Shown here one piece after another: positions 57,909-64,000 of a DNA stretch of 64,000 nucleotides. The stretch is from Patescibacteria group bacterium (GTDB taxonomy: Bacteria; Patescibacteriota; Microgenomatia; UBA10105; UBA927). Position 1 is the first letter of the stretch, and each line of letters begins with the position of its first letter. The notes below the pieces were generated by a model. The model made no database searches and was not told where the DNA came from. It saw only the letters and a program-made list of their open reading frames with translations. The translations under genes and the position numbers were made by a program. The stretch covers positions 5,615 through 69,614 of the forward strand of contig JBBTWM010000033.1 of the NCBI GenBank assembly GCA_038062795.1. The letters run 5' to 3'.

Positions 57909-60898
57909 ATTTCTTACGTAAGCACGCATTTGTTATATTCATTGGGTTTGTTATTGCATTCCTGTATCACAACTGGTTTTCCAAAGGGTTATTGACTGCT
58001 CCTGATTTTTCCTATATATCCCCGTTGCAACTGCATGATCTGAAAGATCTTCCGTTTGCTTGGTCGAGCATGTTTGGTTCAGGACTCGGGGGATCGACCT
58101 TTAATATTCTGAATTTAGAAACGTACTTACATCTTGGTGTTCAATTGGTAGTTTTTCTGATGCATATACCATGGAACGCAGCATATCGAATTCTTTTCTT
58201 TTGGCCGTTTCTTCTCATTGGCTCCGTTTCATCATTTTATTTCTGCCATGAAATATTGAAGCACAAGGCTATTTCCGCATTGGGAATGCTTATCTACATG
58301 ACGAACACCTACGTACTGATGCTGGCGGGTGGTGGGCAGGTAGGGCTAATGATGGCCTATGCGTTCGCTCCATTAGTACTAGCGAGTTTTATAAAGAGGA
58401 ATACGGTGTTATTTATTTTTTCGACTGCAATGCTTTTGTTGTTTGATTTGCGATTCAGCTTTCTTATCGCCGGAGTGATAATGTTATATTCGTTATTTAT
58501 TATTCCGAGGAGAGAATGGGCCTCTCTCATGTTGTGGTGTATAGTTCCGCTGCTTATTGTTATCGGAATTCATAGCTTTTGGATTATTCCTACGGTATTT
58601 GGCGGCGGGTTGGCTTTGCCGGAGGGATATGGAAGTTCCGATTGGCTCAAATTTTTAAGCTGGGCGGAATTTTCAAAATCCCTTTCATTGCTTCACCCGA
58701 ATTGGCCGGAAAATATATTTGGTAAAACCTATTTTTTTCAGCCGGAGTTTATAGGGATTCCGATTGTCGCGTTTAGCTCGTTTTTGTTTATACGATCTCC
58801 AAAACAGAAAACGACCCGTCAGCATATCTTATTCTTTTCTCTATTAAGTTTAGTTGGTATATTTTTTTCGAAAGGGATTAACCCGCCTTTTGGTGGTGTG
58901 AATGAATGGTTTTTTTTGCACGCGCCTTTTTTTAATGGATTTCGGGATCCCACCAAGTTTTATTTGATAACTATTATTTCTTATAGCGTCCTTATCCCGT
59001 TTGCACTTTTAAATATTTCGGATTTATTAAAGGTGAAACTTCTAAAATACAGGAACATTATGTCACCCGTAACGTTGGTAATATTTTTAGGGCTATGGTT
59101 GGTAACGATACGTGCACTTGTCGTTGGAGATGTCGGCGGAACGTTCGGAAAATTAACCGTTCCAACGGCATATGATGATTTTGGTAAATTCGTTTATTCC
59201 AATAATTCCTTCGGACGGACATTGGTCGTTCCATGGAAAAACAGATTTGTATTTCAGTCGGAAAATCATCCCGTGGTGAATGCGAGGGATGTATTTCAGA
59301 CGACAGATATAGAGCGCATTGCTGCATTGTTTCGTGAACCGTCGACAGAAATGAAATTAAGGCAACTCGCGGTTAAATATGTCGTTGTACCGGATGATTT
59401 CACTAATGAGATTTTTCTAAATGACAGATCCCCTGATCCCGAGTTGCGGTCGCGCGTCGTAGGCATATTAGATAAGCTGCCTTATCTGGACAAAATAAAG
59501 AGATTTGACGGATTAGATTATTATGAATTTACAAAGTTTACCGGCCATTTTTTTACTATATTACCCAATCTGGATGCCGCGGTGTATGTACATCGTAAAA
59601 TAAGTCCTGTGACATATTCGGTTGATGTCACGTTGTCTCAACGACCTGTCGATGTCATATTTTCTGAAGCGTATGATCCTACTTGGGAGCTTTGGGATGG
59701 AGAAAAAATAGTTCACCCTCATAAAACGCCGGATGGAGTTATGGCATTCTCCATAGACTCGGATATAACCGGACAGCTTACTGTTCATAATACGAATCAG
59801 AGGTGGGTCGACTTAGGATATACGACGACATTGGTTGTGCTGATACTGATCATCTTGTTGGGGTATGTCCTATTGTGCAGGAGGTACCGTCTAGGATTTA
59901 AGATACATGCGGTGTTGCTGACTGTTGGAGTCAGTCTATATTTTATTTTCGTACAGAAAGATACGTCTCTCCATGCGTTATACGACAAGGATATTCTGTG
60001 GTCAACCGAGTGGCGACATTTATACAATCCAATTCTAGACAAATCGCTTATGGTGTCCCGTTATGGAGGCGCTGAAATAAGATTTCGCGTTCGTAATAGC
60101 AAGGAAATAGTGATACAAGCAGCGAGCTCCAACGATGAGGCGCATATACAGGGCATTGATGTGACAATAGACGGAAAAACCACAACGCTGGAAACTCCAA
60201 TCTACGATGCCAGGATGACTGTCGGTACGGCAGACTCTTTAAAGAAGCCGGTCGATGTAGTTATAAGGCATTGGTGCGCTGGGACAATGGGACCGTGTGA
60301 CTTGGCTATTACAGATATCCAGATCGATAAAGGAGCTTCTATTGAACCATCTGGACAGCATCAGAAAAAAATATTGGCTGTGTTAGGGGACTCGATCTCA
60401 GTTTCGTTTGGTAATCTGAATTATACTTATGCTCTTGTGGAAAAGCTTGGATATCGTTTGCATAACGCATCTATTTTTGGATCGACTATCGTTGAGGCGC
60501 AAGGTTGGGACTGGAGTATGAGCCGCTATCGCAAGGATATTATCGCCTACAAGCCTGATGTGTTGCTTATATTTTTGGGAACGAACGATTTATTGCACGA
60601 TAAACAGATTTTCCGCAATAATTATAATTCGATGCTCGGTGAGATCAAGGAGAAAAGTCCGAACACAAAAATTATTTCTTTTGGGTTATTACGAAGAAAA
60701 GACTTTACTTGGTTCCAAGTCACCAACGTTAGCAGAATAATTGCGTCTATTGCCGAAGAGAATAACGTCCAGTATGTTGATCCGTATAATTGGTTAGATG
60801 AAAATGACCTGCAGGACGTAGTGCATCCTTCTCCAAAGAGTCAACAAAAATTAGCCGATAGAATGTACGAGGCATTGTCTCAGGTTGTCGCTAATTGA
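57905..60898 (+). CDS. AftD-like GT-C membrane protein fused to a C-terminal SGNH/GDSL hydrolase-family domain
   Basis: N-terminal polytopic region ([23 protein letters not shown]); C-terminal LGDSIS, G, LGTND, DVVHP blocks; start moved to ATG 57905. Confidence 0.75.
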   Translation: MNFLRKHAFVIFIGFVIAFLYHNWFSKGLLTAPDFSYISPLQLHDLKDLPFAWSSMFGSGLGGSTFNILNLETYLHLGVQLVVFLMHIPWNAAYRILFFWPFLLIGSVSSFYFCHEILKHKAISALGMLIYMTNTYVLMLAGGGQVGLMMAYAFAPLVLASFIKRNTVLFIFSTAMLLLFDLRFSFLIAGVIMLYSLFIIPRREWASLMLWCIVPLLIVIGIHSFWIIPTVFGGGLALPEGYGSSDWLKFLSWAEFSKSLSLLHPNWPENIFGKTYFFQPEFIGIPIVAFSSFLFIRSPKQKTTRQHILFFSLLSLVGIFFSKGINPPFGGVNEWFFLHAPFFNGFRDPTKFYLITIISYSVLIPFALLNISDLLKVKLLKYRNIMSPVTLVIFLGLWLVTIRALVVGDVGGTFGKLTVPTAYDDFGKFVYSNNSFGRTLVVPWKNRFVFQSENHPVVNARDVFQTTDIERIAALFREPSTEMKLRQLAVKYVVVPDDFTNEIFLNDRSPDPELRSRVVGILDKLPYLDKIKRFDGLDYYEFTKFTGHFFTILPNLDAAVYVHRKISPVTYSVDVTLSQRPVDVIFSEAYDPTWELWDGEKIVHPHKTPDGVMAFSIDSDITGQLTVHNTNQRWVDLGYTTTLVVLILIILLGYVLLCRRYRLGFKIHAVLLTVGVSLYFIFVQKDTSLHALYDKDILWSTEWRHLYNPILDKSLMVSRYGGAEIRFRVRNSKEIVIQAASSNDEAHIQGIDVTIDGKTTTLETPIYDARMTVGTADSLKKPVDVVIRHWCAGTMGPCDLAITDIQIDKGASIEPSGQHQKKILAVLGDSISVSFGNLNYTYALVEKLGYRLHNASIFGSTIVEAQGWDWSMSRYRKDIIAYKPDVLLIFLGTNDLLHDKQIFRNNYNSMLGEIKEKSPNTKIISFGLLRRKDFTWFQVTNVSRIIASIAEENNVQYVDPYNWLDENDLQDVVHPSPKSQQKLADRMYEALSQVVAN

Positions 60899-60938
60899 CT
60901 TAGATGTCAAAGGCATTTCACAGTTTTTTATAGAAATA

Positions 60939-62495
60939 ATGAACATGAGTAAGGTAACTGGTAAAAAGACTTCTCGGTATTTTCTATTTCTTTTATTTCT
61001 GTTGTTTGCAGTATTCCTTGCCGTAGTATTCCGGCTTTATCAGCGGATAGGCGTTTTTGGGTGCGGCGATGAGTGTATCAATTACACGGCTGGCTACTTT
61101 ATCCTCCTGGGCAAATCGCTTTACAGTCAAATATTTTTTAATCACCAACCGACATTGGCGTTTATAAGCACTTTCATACAATGGGTGTCACAGCCGAAGG
61201 ATCTCTATCATCTCGTGCTCTACCACAGGGTATTTATGATTTTATACTCGTTTGGTATGGCGGTGTTTCTGATTTGGCGTTTTCGGCTGCGCGCCATGTT
61301 ATTTTTACTTCTTTATGAAGGGACGAAATACTACATGTACGGATATCAATTTATCGGGGAGGCGCTTATCGTTTACCCGCTTGTATATCTTATCGGAGTA
61401 TTGTGGGAATCCTTCGAATTTAAACGAGTATCCCGAGTAGATATTTTTCTTACGGCAATCTTCACGAGTTTAGTGATTTGGACACGGGAGCCGTATGTGC
61501 CGGTAGCGGTAGTACTCGGCGGTATGCTTCTTTGGCGGGAGAAATCAAATCGGTATGCCCGCTGGGCAAGCGTTCTTATTATTTTCCTTTTGCTCGCGCC
61601 CTTTATCGTCATCCCTTTTGGGGAATACGTGTATCAGGTTATTGTCATTAACATCCCGGCGGCTAGCTCTGTGGTCGGTGGAGGGAATAGGATTTCATCT
61701 ATATTGTATTCGCTGCTCTATCCTATATTGTTGTTTTTCCATGGTAAATGGAGCTATTTGAGGTTGATAGAAATTGGTATCGCTTCATTTTTTTGGGTTA
61801 GTCTGGTTATTTGGTGGCGGGGAACCAAAAAATATACTCCGATAGGCATTTTGCTTCTTATCCTGGGACTTGCGGGTATTAGGACGGTAGCACCGGGAAC
61901 CATGTACTTTGAAGCGTTTCACATGCTCCCGTGGTATGCATTATTTGTCATGGTTACCGTATTGATCATGACCTCAATAAAAGAAAAAAAGATTCAGAGC
62001 ATATTAGTTGGTGCGTTTGTTATTTTTTTCTGTTGGGCATTTGCCTCGCCACAGTCATTTATATGGGAAAATGTGGATACGCGAGGCGAATTTGCGAGCC
62101 AATATTCCCAATATACCCAGTATTCTCAGGCGATACAAATAGCCATAAAGCCTTCTCAGACTCTATTTTTGGATGTGTGGGACGACATTATCTATTGGGA
62201 GGCCAAACGCACCTCTTCATACCCGTTAAGTATCTATATACCGGCGGAAAGTTCGATACCCAGGTATCAGGAAATGCGCAGTGCTATGTTTCTCGAGTCA
62301 CCTCCTGATGCGTATTACAGTTGTCCCGTTGCACAAACGCTCACGAACAGTCCTCCGCAGGTTGTGAAGCAGGATTATGTGCAGCTTTCCAGCATTGGTA
62401 AACCCAGCTGCTTGTATATCAAGAAGGTGATAGCAAAAGCGCTCACCCCGGATCAGTGGCAGCGACTTCATGATCTGGGATTTTCTCAACTGTAG
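60939..62495 (+). CDS. GT-C fold membrane glycosyltransferase-like protein
   Basis: TM1, GDE, G..LYSQIFFNHQP (cf. 12891 gene); multiple TMs; start ATG 60939 or 60945. Confidence 0.7.
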   Translation: MNMSKVTGKKTSRYFLFLLFLLFAVFLAVVFRLYQRIGVFGCGDECINYTAGYFILLGKSLYSQIFFNHQPTLAFISTFIQWVSQPKDLYHLVLYHRVFMILYSFGMAVFLIWRFRLRAMLFLLLYEGTKYYMYGYQFIGEALIVYPLVYLIGVLWESFEFKRVSRVDIFLTAIFTSLVIWTREPYVPVAVVLGGMLLWREKSNRYARWASVLIIFLLLAPFIVIPFGEYVYQVIVINIPAASSVVGGGNRISSILYSLLYPILLFFHGKWSYLRLIEIGIASFFWVSLVIWWRGTKKYTPIGILLLILGLAGIRTVAPGTMYFEAFHMLPWYALFVMVTVLIMTSIKEKKIQSILVGAFVIFFCWAFASPQSFIWENVDTRGEFASQYSQYTQYSQAIQIAIKPSQTLFLDVWDDIIYWEAKRTSSYPLSIYIPAESSIPRYQEMRSAMFLESPPDAYYSCPVAQTLTNSPPQVVKQDYVQLSSIGKPSCLYIKKVIAKALTPDQWQRLHDLGFSQL

Positions 62496-62505
62496 CGAAT
62501 TGCTA

Positions 62506-62514
62506 TGGTACAAT
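62506..62514 (+). promoter_or_regulatory. Putative extended -10 promoter for a leaderless transcript (TGgTACAAT)
   Basis: In the intergenic gap; exactly 6 nt before ATG 62521. Confidence 0.6.
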
Positions 62515-62520
62515 ATCCGT

Positions 62521-63462
62521 ATGATGAAAGGCACAGTGGTCGTGACCGGGGGAGCTGGATTTATCGGTAGTCATCTGGTCGATGCACTGCTTGCCAGGGG
62601 TCACAAAGTATACGCGCTTGATAATCTCATTACCGGAAACGAAGAAAATCTTGCAGAGGCGAAAAAACACCCGGAGTTCACCTTCATCAAATATGACGTG
62701 ATAAACGAGTTGCCCGTTTTAGGGCAAATTGATTATATCTATCATCTTGCTTCTCCTGCGTCCGTCCCAGATTATCAGAAATATCCGGAAGAGACAGCGC
62801 TTGTAAACACCGTTGGTACGAGGGCGCTCCTGAAAGTTGCCAAAGCGCACGGGGCCACGTTTCTTTTTACCTCCACCTCGGAGGTGTATGGGGATCCTAA
62901 GGAACATCCCCAGAAGGAAACGTATTGGGGAAACGTAAATCCTAATGGAGTCCGCGCATGTTATGATGAATCCAAGCGCTTCGGAGAGATGATGACTATG
63001 TTATATATGCGCACATATGGCGTCGACGTGAGGATTGCCCGGATATTTAATACGTATGGCCCCAGGATGCGTCCTACCGACGGACGGGTGATATCTAATT
63101 TTGTGAACCAGGCGCTCAAGGGAGAACCCATTACGGTATATGGAGATGGTAAGCAAACGCGCTCGTTTTGTTTCATAAGCGATATGGTTGAGGGACTTGT
63201 GAGTCTTATGGAAAAGGAATTGACGAAGGGCGAAGTGGTGAATATCGGTAATCCGGAAGAATATACCATGATCGATTTGGCTCACAAGGTGAAAAAGATG
63301 ATGGGAGCTACTTCCGAAATTGTTTATACGGATTTACCATTAGATGACCCGATGCAACGAAGACCCGATATTTCAAAAGCGAAAAAATTGCTCAGCTGGG
63401 AACCCAAGGTGTCCGTAGACCAGGGACTCGAAAAAACAATTGCGTATTATAAGGCGCTGTAA
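62521..63462 (+). CDS. uxs: UDP-glucuronate decarboxylase (UDP-xylose synthase)
   Basis: TGGAGFIGSHL, HLASPAS, TSEVYGDP..HPQ.E.YWGNVNP.G.RACYDESKR, RIFNTYGPRM...DGRV, DDP..RRPDI. Confidence 0.9.
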   Translation: MMKGTVVVTGGAGFIGSHLVDALLARGHKVYALDNLITGNEENLAEAKKHPEFTFIKYDVINELPVLGQIDYIYHLASPASVPDYQKYPEETALVNTVGTRALLKVAKAHGATFLFTSTSEVYGDPKEHPQKETYWGNVNPNGVRACYDESKRFGEMMTMLYMRTYGVDVRIARIFNTYGPRMRPTDGRVISNFVNQALKGEPITVYGDGKQTRSFCFISDMVEGLVSLMEKELTKGEVVNIGNPEEYTMIDLAHKVKKMMGATSEIVYTDLPLDDPMQRRPDISKAKKLLSWEPKVSVDQGLEKTIAYYKAL

Positions 63463-63466
63463 TGAA

Positions 63467-63688
63467 ATGAAGCCTCAAGATATATTATTTTTTCTTGCGT
63501 TTGGAGCCCTATTGGCTATCCGAAAACCGCGTTTGTTGGTTTTTGCAGGATTGGCCTCTCTGGCGCTTGCAATCCCGCTTTTTGCGACATGGACATTTTT
63601 TACGGCTGAACGCCTCACCTGGTATGCTGCGGCGTTTTTTATGACCTTCATCATTATTTCAACTTTCCGGCCTCATCAGGTACAATAA
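63467..63688 (+). CDS. Small integral membrane protein (about 3 TM), unknown function
   Basis: Hydrophobic ORF MKPQDILFF...FFTAERLTWYAAAF filling the gap between uxs and galE. Confidence 0.65.
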   Translation: MKPQDILFFLAFGALLAIRKPRLLVFAGLASLALAIPLFATWTFFTAERLTWYAAAFFMTFIIISTFRPHQVQ

Positions 63689-63693
63689 AGGGC

Positions 63694-64000
63694 ATGAAGA
63701 TTCTGGTAACCGGAGGAGCCGGGTACATCGGCAGCCACATGACACGCATGCTGGCTGAACGCGGATATGAGCCCATAGTGCTCGATACGTTTGAATTTGG
63801 CCACAAAGAGGCACTTCCCGATGGGGTCAGAATAGTTATCGGAAATGTAGGAGACCCCATAGTAATCAAACAGGTGCTGAGTGATCATAGGGTCGATGGG
63901 GTTCTTCATTTCGCGGGGTATATACAGGTTGAGGAATCGGTACGATTGCCGATCCGGTATATGCACAATAATGTTGTCGCCCCGATCACCCTCCTTGATG
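63694..64000 (+). CDS. galE: UDP-glucose 4-epimerase (3'-truncated by window edge)
   Basis: Not in the ORF track; my translation: MKILVTGGAGYIGSHM...GH...VLHFAGYIQVEESV..P.RY..NN. Confidence 0.85.
   Translation, partial: MKILVTGGAGYIGSHMTRMLAERGYEPIVLDTFEFGHKEALPDGVRIVIGNVGDPIVIKQVLSDHRVDGVLHFAGYIQVEESVRLPIRYMHNNVVAPITLLD

Noticed and set aside
146-58917. A8/T8 homopolymers as phase-variation tracts (e.g. 146-153, 3179-3186, 28373-28380)
   Set aside because: Lengths are unremarkable for Lys/Phe-rich coding sequence and all ORFs are intact
1-64000. CRISPR array, tRNA/rRNA, IS elements, recoded stop codons
   Set aside because: No room or motifs: coding density is near complete and genes end normally at TAA/TAG/TGA

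Overview
The whole 64 kb window lies inside one very large, gene-dense cell-surface glycosylation locus of about 52 genes, truncated at both ends. It reads in standard code 11 (TGA is used as stop). Gene style (few Shine-Dalgarno sites, many ATGA overlaps, a DUF5667-like protein, arrays of YfhO/ArnT-like genes) suggests a Patescibacteria/CPR, Microgenomates-like genome; this is inference only. Content: 19 polytopic GT-C-fold glycosyltransferase-like genes in about 8 paralogous subfamilies, 8 GT2, 6 GT4, 2 Wzx-type flippases, 4 SAM methyltransferases, a hexapeptide acetyltransferase and a nucleotide-sugar toolkit (ColD-like 3-dehydratase plus Fcl/ColC-like enzyme, GDP-mannose 3,5-epimerase, RfbE-like 2-epimerase, UDP-xylose synthase, GalE). 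All genes are on + except a four-gene block (14629-21771) on -. A Bro-N plus HAD pair looks inserted. I saw no rRNA, tRNA, CRISPR array, transposase or integrase. Most notable: the GT-C array itself, a GT-C::SGNH fusion, a DUF5667-like domain found both free and inside a giant GT-C, sugar-synthesis/GT4 modules, and internal leaderless promoters. All family calls come from motif recognition by eye; no searches were run.
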